From Macrostomum lignano (Eukaryota): a stretch of DNA of 64,000 nucleotides. The notes beneath the pieces are model-generated. The model ran no database searches. It was not told the origin of the DNA and was given only the letters and a program-made list of their open reading frames with translations. The stretch lies in assembly GCA_002269645.1 (NCBI GenBank), contig NIVC01000346.1:62001-126000 (forward strand). The letters are read 5' to 3'. This document shows, one piece after another, positions 37,201-48,583 of this stretch. The translations under genes were made by a program, and so were the position numbers. How positions within the stretch are numbered: position 1 is the stretch's first letter; each line of letters opens with the position of its first letter.

Positions 37201-40200
37201 CCGTCGAATACGAGGCAGGCGTCGTTCACGGCCGTGAAGCAGTCGAAATCGACGCCCAGACGTTGATAGGCGAACAGAGCCTGTTGGTGAATTGTGACTT
37301 GAATTGTAAACAGGGTGACTTAAAAAAATAATGAATTGCAGAATCAGTGAATGAAAAATTGGTAATTTGAAAAAAAATTGGTGAATTGGAAAAATAGGAG
37401 AAATGAAGAAATTAGTGAATTTGAGAAATTGGTAAATTGGAGAAATTGGTGAATTAGAGAAATTAAATAAATTGGCAAAATTGGTGAATTGGAGAAGTTG
37501 GAAAGTTAAAGAAATTGGTTAATTAGAGAAATCGGTGAATTGGAGAAATTGGTGAATTGGAGAAATTGGTGAATTGGAGAAATTGGTGAATTAGAGAAAT
37601 TGGTGAAATGGAGAAATTGGTGAATTAAAGAAATTGTTGAATTAGAGAAATTGGTGAATTAGAGAAATTGGTGAATTAGAGAAATTGGTGAATTAGAAAA
37701 ATTGGTGAATTAGAGAAATTGGTGAATTAGAGAAATTGGTAAACTTGAAAAATTGGTGAATTGGAGAAATGGGTGAATTAGAGAAATTGGTGAAATGGAG
37801 AAATTGGTGAATTGGAGAAATTGGTGAATTGGAGAAATTGGTGAATTAAAAATATTGGTGAAGTGGAGAAATTGGTGAATTATAAATATTGGTGAAGTGG
37901 AGAAATTGGTGAATTGGAAAAAATTGGTGAATTGGAAAAATGGTAAAATAGAAAAACTGGTGAATCGGAAAGAGTTGGTGATTCGAAAGATCTGACAATG
38001 GTTAATCTGCTATCTAGGTGTTGGTGAACCGTAGATCTGGCAACTCACGCAGCAGTCCAGGTGGACCTCCCGTTTGCCGTCTTCACTAACAAAGGTGAGC
38101 AGCTCCAGCTGCCTCGGCTCGGGCTCTTCATCATTCCACTGCTGAAGCCGGTAGCCACGGTGGGCCGCCACACCGGAGGCGTGGAGGGCGGCCTCAACCT
38201 GCGTCTCCACGTGATCGTCGTGCTCGAACGGGTTCGGCTGGATATTCATTTTTAAGGGAGAAGCGGTGCAATGAATCTTGAGAGCTTGTTGGCTGGGGAA
38301 TCTCTTCGCTACGCAATAGAACTGGGGAACCCCTTGGCAACAGCTTTTAAACGGGGGAATTCCTTAGCAACACTCTTCACACGGGGGAATCCCTTAGCAA
38401 CCCTTTTAAAACGAGGGAATCCCTTAGCAACCATTTTTAAACGGGGGAATCCTTTAGCAACATTTTAAAACGGAGGAATACCTTAGCAACACTTTTCAAA
38501 CGAGGGAATCCCTTAGCAACCCTTTTAAAACGAGGGAATCCCTTAGCAACACCGTTAAAACGGGGAATCCCTTAGCAACCATTTTCAAACTGGGGAATCC
38601 CTTAGTAACGCTGTTCAAACGGAGGAATCCCTTAGCAACATCCTTAAAACGGTGGAATCCCTTAGCAACACTGTTCAAATGGGGAAATCCTTTGGTAAAA
38701 CTCTTCATACTGGGGAATCCCCTAGCAACGCTTTTCAAACGGGGAAATCCGTTGGAATCACCCTTCAAACGGGGGAAACCTAATTTGACAACATTCTTCA
38801 AACAGGGGAATCCCTTAGCAACACTGTTAAAAGGGGGGAATCCCTTAGCAACACTCTAAAAACGGGGGAGAATACCTTAGCAACGCTGTTTAAACCAGGG
38901 AATCTCATGGCAGTGGTGTTTAAACTTTGGAATTCCCGCCCTAGCAACTGACCGAGTCCGGGTCCAGCACTCTAACGATGCTCTGCGGTCGAACGCCGGC
39001 CTCAAGCAGAGCCTGAACGCAGGCGTAAGCGTCCAGACTGCGGCCATAGACGATGAGTTTGCCCTCCAGCCGTTGCTTGTCCAGCCGCCTGTCCAGCCAA
39101 TGCAGAGCCGCTGCCGCGTCGAACGGATCGTTGATGCAGAACATGTTCCTCGGCCGGTGCGGTGGCAAGCGCTTGGCGCTGAGCATCTGGCGCTGACTTG
39201 GCGCCTTCTTCAACGGCGCAACCGGTTGATATTGAAGGCCGGTGGATAGGATTAGGTAGTCGTAGGGCACCCTGGCGGTTCCGTTGACCGTGATCACCTT
39301 GCGTTTGCGATCGATTTTAGTCATACGGCCGTAGACAACACTGACCCAGGTGCGCAGGGACATGCAAGCGTAGTCACGGCTGTCGTAGATTAAGCTGAAA
39401 AAGCGGCGAAAGCGATGACGCTAAAGTACCTGTGCACTAATCAGTATGAGTGCTAGTGCACTAATCAGTGTGTATGAGTGCTAGTGCACTAATCGGTGTG
39501 TATAAGTGCTAGTGCACTAATCGGTGTGTATAAGTGCTAGTGCACTAATCAGTGTGTATAAGTGCTAGTGCACTAATCGGTGTGTATAAGTGCTAGTGCA
39601 CTAATCGGTGTGTATAAGTGCTAGTGCACTAATCGGTGTGTACAAGTGCTAGTGCACTAATCGGTGTGTATAAGTGCTAGTGCACTAATCGGTGTGTATA
39701 AGTGCTAGTGCACTAATCGGTGTGTATAAGTGCTAGTGCACTAATCGGTGTGTACAAGTGCTAGTGCACTAATCGGTGTGTATAAGTGCTAGTGCACTAA
39801 TCAGTGTGTATAAGTGCTAGTGCACTAATCCGTGTGTACAAGTGCTAGTGCACTAATCAGTGTCCAGTTATCAAAGACTACAAGAGCACCAATAAAACGG
39901 TTCCACTCACCCAGACGCGGTCATACACTCTCTCTGCTCATCTGGCTCCAAGTCACCGGGCAGACCGTGAGGCGACACCAGAATCAAGTTGTTGAATCGT
40001 AGATGCGGACTGAAATTATTGAAATATTAATGGTTAAAAATAACCGCTAATAAAACAACAAATTTTGATTGATTTATTGTCCTCAGCTCACCAGAAGGCC
40101 AAAGTCTCCAAGAAGCTGATGCCTGTTGACGAAGCTCCCACCACGACAATCCTAGCATTGACGGTCACTTTTGGCTCGTAGATCAACTTTCTATTGATGT

Positions 40201-43200
40201 GATTCAGCGCGAACGCCTGCTGCTCCATCAGGACTCGTTCGGATGGAGCGTTGCCGCCCAGCTTCTCGAGCGGGTATTGAATCTGGCGTCGGGCTCGGAC
40301 AGGTACAAAGTAGCTCAGCGCAGTCGGTTGGCTGTATTTGGCACGGAGCTCCTCAGGAGCAGAGCTTGGGTACACCGGATAGCTCAGGCAGGTTTTGTCA
40401 CCAAGGCGCATCATTTCCTGCGAATGAGCGAATGAACCAGTGTTGACTTGAACTGGATGGTTAGTAAATTTATTAAAAGTACATTTCTCTATCTGAATAA
40501 AATGTGCAAAGTTAAATTCTGAAGTACATAATAAAAGTACAATTTAAGGGTACATCGTAAAAGTACATTACCCAGAAAAACTTTTATAGTAAACTATAAA
40601 GTAACTTTCTAAAGTATATTATAAAGTACATTTTTAAGTACATTTCCAAACAACATTTTGAAATACAACTCTAAAGTACATATTAAGACTACAACTCTAA
40701 ACTACAGTTTAAAAGAAGAGTTCAAAACTAAGTAAAAGTACAATTCTAGTTGAGTGCGATATTGAAAAGATTTTTTTTGGAATTCAAGTTTGTTATAATC
40801 CTTTTTTAACCTTACGAGATCGTAAATTCTAGATTTAAGTTTTAAAGTATAATTGCTACTTTAGATATTTACTTAAATAAAACCATATTTTACTCCGTTA
40901 GTTTATTTTTTTAAGAGTTATTTTAATCAAAAAATGGAATCTCTGCTCGGCTCTGCTCGTGCAATTAACACCCAGTTTGAGGTCCAACCCCCAAGGCGCA
41001 GTGAAGTGTACATGCCTAACGATAAATAAAGTCAGGGCCGCTGTACACTCCTGTGTGAGTGTGTGCCTGTGCGTTTGACTGCGTACGTATCCGCGCGCTT
41101 GTGTGCCTGCTCAGGGGAGTCGGCGGAATGGGCAGCAATGCCTCTCGCCGGTTGTGTGCCTATGTCGCTTAAAGTGCGCCAGGGTGCACACAACCCCCCT
41201 GCCTCTAATAAAATAACCTTTTTAGTTAGTTCGTATAAACAATGTAGTTACAAACTACTTTTCATTAGTATACTTCAAGTCTCACCTTAATAAACAGCTT
41301 AGAGAAGTGATTGAAAATCGGGTTCACAGCGAGATGATACAGCCTGGCGTGCTCGTCCTTCCTGTGATGATTGTAGTAAATAAAATCTTCGATGTTGTAG
41401 TGCGAGCGCATGTACATCGCGTCTGAGTCGGCCTCCTTGCGCATGATGCCGACGCCGACCAGCTGGCCGAGGCACTGGGCCACGAATGCCTGGATCTGCT
41501 CTCCGTGCTGCCCGATGGATTCAGTAGGATTAAATATAGAAGTAAGGAAATTTTCGGCTTCTGGGGAATCCCACTATGTACATTAAGTTGTTTGGTGAAA
41601 TCCTGCTATGTACATTCAGTTGTTGGGGAATCTCACTATGTACATTTAGTTGTTTGGGAGTCCCTGTTATGTACATTCAGGTGTTGGGGAATCCCACTGT
41701 GTACAGCCAGTTTTTGGGGGAATCCCACTATGTACATTTATTTGTTTGAAGAATCCCACTATGTACATTCAGTTGTTTGAAGAATCCCACTATGTACATT
41801 CAGTTTTTTGAAGAATCCCACTATGTACATTCAGTTGTTTGAAGAATCCCACTATGTACATTCAGTTGTTTGAAGAATCCCACTATGTACATTCAGTTGT
41901 TTGGGGGAATCCTACTATGTACATTCAATTGTTTGGGAATCCCACTATGTACATTTAGTGGTTTTGGGAATCCAACTATCTACATTCAGTCGTTTGGGGA
42001 ATCCTACTATGCCTCGTACATTTAGTAGTTTGGCTAATACTACTACATACATTCAGCTGTACATTCTTATCTGCCAATGACCCGCAATCCTCACCTTGAC
42101 CGGATCCCTCTTGAAATTCAGGAACAAGTCGAAGTCCTTCAGCAGGCTGGACTTCAGACGCAGCGAATTGACCAATCGAGCGACAGACGGCCTGTCGGCA
42201 GGTTTCGCCGCCCGAACCTCCAGATTGCAGGCCAGGCCGCCACGGTGGAACACGTACAGTTCCTGGTTGAGGGTGCAGTTCGGTTTTGGCGTCACCCTGA
42301 CGAAGCTCTGCAGCAGGGAGAACTCCGGCACCATAGTCGGCACCGTGATGATTGCAAAGTCGGCGTCGGGAAAAAGTCGGAACACGTGCGGCAGAAAGTC
42401 CACCGAGCGGGGATCCTGCGCCTCGGCGATGGCGAACAGTTGAATAACGACTGCGTTTGACTCGCCGTGGTACACCGGCTGGAAGTTGCGGGCCACTCTG
42501 GCCGCCGCGGTGTTCGGCGGAACCTCCGGGCTGAGCGACTTCGGCGAGGCGATCGGCGTCATCACGATGCCCTCCTCGTCTTCCTCCTCTTCCGGTTCCT
42601 CCTCAGCCTCCTCGGCTGCTTCATTTTCGGCGTTTTCTTCATCGACTTCGTCGATACGTCGATCGTCGTCCTCATTCAGCAGGGAGCTCTTGGCGCTGGC
42701 GGCCACCGCGTCAGAGAGTTTCTCGGCTGTCTCGATGGCGTCGGGTCCTGTGGCAGCTTCGCCACCTTCAGCGGCACCTTTTTCGGAGCCGGCTGCAGAG
42801 CCGCTTCTCTGGGAAGAGGTCGGCCGCGCATTGACGGCGGCGGCGTCTTCAACAACGTCGGCCGGCGTCGGTGTTCTCGGCGGCACAGCCTAGAAATGAA
42901 TTAAAGATTAGCGAATAAACAATGAGAATGTATTGTGATGAGCAATTCGACTGGGAATGATTAATACAAGATTATATGACCTTACGGATGACCAAACAAG
43001 GGTTGCTGTTAACTGTCAATGACTAACAAGAACTAGTATGACCTACGAATGACCAACAACAACAAGTATGACCTATGAATGACCAACAACAACTAGCCTA
43101 ATCTATTAATGAACAACAACAACTAGTATAACCTACCAATGACCAACAACAACAAGTATGACCTACGAATGATCAACAATAACTAGTATGACCTACGAAT

Positions 43201-46200
43201 GACCAACAACAACAAGTGCGACCTATAAATGACCAACAACAACAAGTATGACCTATGAATGACCAACAACAACTAGTATAACCTACCAATGACCAACAAC
43301 AACAAGTATGACCTACGAATGATCAACAATAACTAGTATGACCTACGAATGACCAACAACAACAAGTGCGACCTACAAATGACCAACAACAACAAGTATG
43401 ACCTATGAATGACCAACAACAACAAGTATGACCTATGAATGACCAACAACAACAAGTATGACCTATGAATGACCAACAACAACCAGATACGACTAATGTA
43501 AACCTGTCCGACCTAAAATGATCTAATTGAACTGGTATGACCTAAGCAATGACCAGAATGAACCAGTATGAGCAAGACCTGGTCATCCGGATGAGGCTTT
43601 CTCAATCCGTGAAAGGGCGCCAGCTCGTAGCACTGGTTCAGCAGGTCCAAGTTGATCTCGCTGGTGACGCTCATGAAGCCCACGGCTTTGCCTTTGACCT
43701 CGCAGGCCAAGCAGCGCATGCTGTCGTCCTGACCTGCGATCAGCTCCGCCAGAAAATATTCGCCGTAGGTTCGAGTCAGAATTTCGCTCTGCTGATTGAA
43801 GATCGGCGTCAGGTCGTCGTGATCCTCGACCAGCGCCGGTCGAATGTGCAGCGTTGGCACGTGGGCGTGACGGGGGAGCCCGAACACGGTGCAGTCGCTG
43901 GGGTGGTGACCGCCAGAGCGGAGTTCGCATTGAGAGAACTGCTGGTCCAGGGCGGCGTCTGAGGCAGGGGAGGGGGGCATCGCGGCGATAATTAGGATTG
44001 AAAAAACAAAGATATTGTTAAGATTCTCGAATTCTTTCGATTTATAGAAATATTTTTTCTGGATTCTTAGAACTCTCTTCTCTGAATTCTTAGAAATCTT
44101 TTCTCTGGATTCTTAGAATTGTCTTCTCTGGATTCTTAGAAATCTCTTTTATGGATTCTTAGAAATCTCTTTTATGGATTCTTAGAAATTCCTTTCTTTG
44201 GATTCTTAGAAGTCTCTTCTCTAAATTCTTAGAATTCTCTTCTCTGGATTCTTATAAATCTCTTCACTGTATTCTTAGAAATCTCTTCTCTGGATTCTTA
44301 TAAATCTCTTCACTGGCTTCTTAGAAATCTCTTCACTGGATTCTTAGAAATCTCTTCACTGGATTCTTAGAAATCTCTTTTCTGGATTCTTAGAAATCTC
44401 TTCACTGGATTCTTAGAAATCTCTTCACTGGATTCTTAGAAATCTCTTCACTGGATTCTTAGAAATCTCTTCTCTGGATTCTTAGAAATCTTTTCTCTGG
44501 ATTCTTAAAAATCTTTTCTCTGGATTCTTAGAAATCTCTTCACTGTATTCTTAGAAATCTCTTCACTGGATTCTTAGAAATCTCTTCTCTGGATTCTTAG
44601 AAATATTTTTTCTGGATTCTTAGAAATCTTTTCTCTGGATTCTTAGAAATCTCTTCTCTGGATTCTTAGAAATATTTTTTCTGGATTCTTAGAAATCTTT
44701 TCTCTGGATTCTTAGAAATCTCTTCTCTGGATTCTTAGAAATATTTTTTCTGGATTCTTAGAAATCTTTTCTCTGGATTCTTAGAAATCTCTTCACTGGA
44801 TTCTAAGAAATCTCTTCTCTGGATTCTTAGAAATATTTTTTCTAGATTATTAGAAATCTTTTCTCTGGATTCTTAGAAATCTCTTCACTGGATTCTTAGA
44901 AATCTCTTCTCTGGATTCTTAGAAATATTTTTTCTGGATTCTTAGAAATCTTTTCTCTGGATTCTTAGAAATATCTTCACTGGATTTTAAGAAATCTCTT
45001 CACTGGATTCTTAGAAATCTCTTCACTGGATTTTTATAAATCTCTTCTCTGGATTTTTAGAAATGTCTTCTCTGATTCTTAGTAATTTCTTGTAGATTCT
45101 TAGAAATTTAATTACTATTTTTAGGAACATCTTTCTTTAAACTCTTCAAACAATATAAAAGATTCTTAGAAACATCTTTCAAATTCTTAGAAATATATTC
45201 TGGAGAGTCTCGTGCCATTCTCGGTGAAATTCTTAGAAAGTCTACTAAAACTTTTAGAACCAATCTTGAGGACTCACTAGGATAAGTCCCCGAGTTGACC
45301 ACCATGAAAATGTGATGCAAATCTGGTACAGCATTAAAAGCAGTCCTGATAATCTCCTCAGCCGCTGGGATTTCGTATCCCTCTTTGGCAACGAACAGGT
45401 GCAGGAAGAAGCTGTTCAGAGAGTTGCAGCCTTTGACATCATAGGAAGCGGACAGCCAGGACTCCCAGTCAGTTTTGTAGTTCGTTCTGCTCGTGTTCGG
45501 CTTGTTTGGGTAATCGAAAAAGGCAGCGTGGGCGATAATCTCGCCCTCCTGGTTGCTGAGGACAACCGCTAGAAGAGCCTTCTCGCTTGAATGGGAAGAG
45601 GAGAAAAGGGGATAGGTTTAACAGGGATCTCTGTCCTATGGGTCATGGGATCTCTGTCCTATGGGTCATGGGATCTCTGTCCTATAGGTCATGGGATCTC
45701 TGTCCTATAGGTCATGGGATCTCTGTCCTATAGGTCATGGGATCTCTGTCCTACGGGTCATGAGATCTCTGCCCTATGGGTCATGGGATCTCTGTCCTAT
45801 GGGTCATGGGATCTCTGTCCTATGGGTCATGGGATCTCTGTCCTATAGGTCATGGGATCTCTATCCTATGGGTCATGGGATCTCTGTCCTATGGGTCATG
45901 GGATCTCTGTCCTATGGGTCATGGGATCTCTGTCCTACGGGTCATGGGATCTCTGTCCTATGGGTCATGGGATCTCTGTCCTATGGGTCATGGGATCTCT
46001 GTCCTACGGGTCATGGGATCTCTGTCCTATAGGTCATGGGATCTCTGTCCTATGGGTCATGGGATCTCTGTCCTATGGTCATGGGATCTCTGTCCTATGG
46101 GTCATGGGATCTCTGTCCCATAGGTCATGGGATCTCTGTCCTATGGGTCATGGGATCTCTGTCCTATGGGTCATGGGATCTCTGTCCTATGGGTCATGGG

Positions 46201-46834
46201 ATCTCTGTCCTATGGGTCATGGGATCTCTGTCCTATGGGTCACGGGATCTCTGTCCTATGGGTCATGGGATCTCTGTCCTATGGGTCATGGGATCTCTGT
46301 CCTATGGGTCATGGGATCTCTGTCCCATAGGTCATGGGATCTCTGTCCCATAGGTCATGGGATCTCTGTCCTATGGTCATGGGATCTCTGTCCTATGGGT
46401 CATGGGATCTCTGTCCTATGGTCATGGGATCTCTGTGTCATGGGATCTGAGGGTCATTGGATCTGTGGGTCATGGGATCTGAGGGTCATGGAATCTGTGG
46501 GTCGTGGGATATCTGTGGGTCATGGGATCTGTGGGTCATGGGATCTGTGGGTCGTGGGATATCTGTGGGTCATGGGATCTGTGGGTCGTGGGATATCTGT
46601 GGGTCATGGGATCTGTGGGTCGTGGGATAATCTGTGAATCATGTGATTCGTCGATCATGGGTCAAGCAACTAAACAGCGAAGTAGACTCACATGATTTCA
46701 ACCACGCTGACTTGGCCGAAAAGTTTCACGGTCTCCTCGGTGATCAGCTGTTCGATGTGCGGCGCATCCAGCGCCTCCGTGCGCCTGGCGTTCACGAGTT
46801 GGGTTTCTCCGGTCGGGCTTTTGAATTTCGACAT
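34227..46834 (-). CDS. CFAP61: Cilia- and flagella-associated protein 61 (C20orf26/FAP61), 1271 aa
   Basis: 15 exons: 46834-46692, 45585-45278, 43958-43579, 42889-42095, 41507-41286, 40417-40092, 40009-39911, 39394-38953, 38237-38049, 37280-37062, 36364-36068, 35375-35272, 35187-35097, 34842-34783, 34367-34227. Total 3816 nt with all phases consistent. Diagnostic peptides: RPALVEDHDDLTPIF..TYGEYFLAELI, RSHYNIEDFIYY, IVVVGASSTGISFLETL, VPYDYLILSTGLQY, DACLVFDGRLVIDANFHTND and NYYHLPMYAKP. Confidence 0.95.
35450..36050. repeat. AT-rich ~45-bp repeat with AAAGTACA core (CFAP61 intron)
   Basis: Directly visible; best conserved at 35740-36010. Confidence 0.8.
36425..36975. repeat. 24-bp minisatellite GGTTCCAAATATGGAAGTTAATGA with ~120-bp higher-order repeat
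   Basis: Directly visible; the variant order (ATTATTGA, ATTAGTAAGGCTCC) recurs three times. Confidence 0.95.
37365..37965. repeat. 17-bp minisatellite GGAGAAATTGGTGAATT
   Basis: Directly visible. Confidence 0.93.
38320..38930. repeat. ~30-bp minisatellite AAACGGGGGAATCCCTTAGCAACAC
   Basis: Directly visible. Confidence 0.9.
39430..39862. repeat. 28-bp minisatellite CTAGTGCACTAATCGGTGTGTATAAGTG
   Basis: Period 28 (39481, 39509, ...). Confidence 0.96.
40935..41212 (+). mobile_element. 5'-truncated SINE copy in a CFAP61 intron
   Basis: Near-identical to the body of 60372-60715 (GTGTACATGCCT..GATAAATAAAG..CTCCTGTGTGAGTGTGTGCCTGTGCG...GCCTCTAA); tRNA head missing. Confidence 0.8.
41560..42015. 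repeat. 31-bp minisatellite G(G/A)(G/A)GAATCCCACTATGTACATTCAGTTGTTT
   Basis: Period 31 (41761, 41792). Confidence 0.92.
42970..43500. repeat. 30-bp minisatellite GACCAACAACAACAAGTATGACCTATGAAT
   Basis: Directly visible. Confidence 0.93.
44040..45240. repeat. 23-bp minisatellite TGGATTCTTAGAAATCTCTTC(A/T)C
   Basis: Directly visible. Confidence 0.95.
45622..46630. repeat. 23-bp minisatellite GGGATCTCTGTCCTATGGGTCAT grading into shorter GGGATCTGTGGGTCAT units
   Basis: Directly visible. Confidence 0.96.
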
Positions 46835-47491
46835 TTCGGATCGCTGAAATTCAAGTTTTGTTAAAAATTGATAACATTTTCAAATAGTTGTTTCTAAGAA
46901 AAAAAACGAATTTACTTTTTTTCTAAGTAGTTCTTAAAGATACTTTTATCATATAAAAAGACTATCAATGGTCATTTCTTTTTTGTTTTAACGAACAATT
47001 GATTTTTTCTAAGAAAATAATTGTTATAACTTGAATTGACCAACATTTTTTTCACATAATGCTTACAAAATTTTTAGACTATATAATAAAAAGTATAGCA
47101 ATTATAACAAAACTTTTGTTATTTCTTTGTTTAAACGAGGCAACTTTGAAAAGTTTATTTAAAATTGAAATTAAAGTATGTTATATATGTAAAATATTGT
47201 TAGAAAAGGTACAACAATGCTGTTGTCGATTAAAATTGTTACTTGTTTTCGAAGTAACGCTTGCTGTATTTATAGTATACGAGCCTTAGTTTTTTAAATT
47301 GATTCTCACAAACTACCCAGCACATGCTTCAGTTATGCTACTTAATATTGGCTTTTAGTAGCGTGATACGCAAATTTACCGATAAAAGTGTAGAAAATAT
47401 AAATTAAAAGTACATTTTCTCGGAGAAACACGCAAACAAAAGGACATTACAAACTGCTTCGAAATTACGATGGAAAGTTTTGTCTCTTGCT

Positions 47492-48583
47492 TCAGTCGTC
47501 ACCCTCGTCCCGCACGACGGGAACTCCGTCCAGCTTCTTGATTCGGACCAGCCGCTTGGTCGCTTCATCTCTCCAGTTACCTTCGGCTGAGTGCTTCTCT
47601 TCTAGGGGATTGCCTGGATTGGAGTAGATAAAGGTAGATTTAGATAGACAGTGAGAGATAGCAATGGGAAATAGACAGTGAGAGGTAGACAGTGAGAGGT
47701 AGACAGTGAGAGATAGACAGCGAGAGATAGACATTGAGAGAGAGAGATAGTGAGAGATAGCAATGGGAAATATACAGTAAGAGATAGACAGTGAGAGATA
47801 GCAATGGGAAATAGACAGTGAGAGATAGCAATGGGAAATAGACAGTGAGAGGTAGACAGTGAGAGGTAGACAGTGAGAGGTAGACAGTGAGAGGTAGACA
47901 GTGAGAGATACACAGTGAGAGGTGGACAGTGGTAGATTGAGAGATCCTCACCAACGAACAGCAAATCCTCCAGACACGGTAGTTCGGCGAGTTTAGCAAA
48001 CTCGGCCCAATCCTTAACAACATTGTTGGACATGTACAACACCTTCAGCTTTTTCAACACGTTGATTCCTTTGAGCTTCTCGATGTTGTTGTAGGAGATC
48101 CACAGCTCCTCCAGGGTGTCACCGACCGCGTCCAGGCCTGTCAGACTTTTGATGTTATTCCGGCCAAGGGAAAGAATTTTCAGATTCTCTGAAAGATTTG
48201 TTTTAATGGTTGGCAATATAATATACGTTATTTGAATTTTCGACTTTCAGGGTCCAGTAAATCTAGGAAAACTTACTCAGACCGTTCAAGTTTGCTATCC
48301 TCTCGATCACATTTGTTGACAAGCTTAGGTGTCTGAAAATTTGAGGAATATAACAAATAAGAATTTTGTCTGCCGTCTGGGTCATTCAGAGGCTGTTAGA
48401 TTCATAGTGAAATTACGATTTGAAATTGACTCACTCGCAAGCAGTCAGGGTGGACAGGGAGGCGTCCATCTTCTCAATGGGTGGAATTTGGCCATAGAGC
48501 TTCACAGCGGTGGCTTCTGACGCCTTGGCCCCATTCTTCTCCTCCCACTTGGCCAAAGCCTCCTTGATTGAAGTTGCCTTCGA
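47492..48583 (-). CDS. DNAL1: Dynein axonemal light chain 1 (LRR); the initiator ATG is not in the first visible exon
   Basis: Exons 48583-48435, 48332-48277, 48188-47952 and 47613-47492 (phases 2,1,1). Translation [15 protein letters not shown]...[71 protein letters not shown] matches DNAL1; 187 aa plus Met. Confidence 0.95.
47640..47935. repeat. GACAGTGAGAG(G/A)TA-based repeat in the last DNAL1 intron
   Basis: Directly visible. Confidence 0.9.

Noticed and set aside
36050-37331. MEVNEVPN, RFQIWKL and related ORFs; likewise 45691-46637, 58178-60189 and 61315-62098
   Set aside because: Intronic or intergenic minisatellite translations; the real exons are on the minus strand with proper splice sites.
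42500-42890. Acidic low-complexity insert in CFAP61 exon 4
   Set aside because: As I recall, CFAP61 orthologues have a variable acidic linker at this position, so it is not novel.
42077-43962. Antisense or alternate-frame ORFs overlapping GC-rich exons (also 9265-9823, 17991-18338, 54132-55685)
   Set aside because: Shadow ORFs of GC-rich coding sequence, with no independent support.
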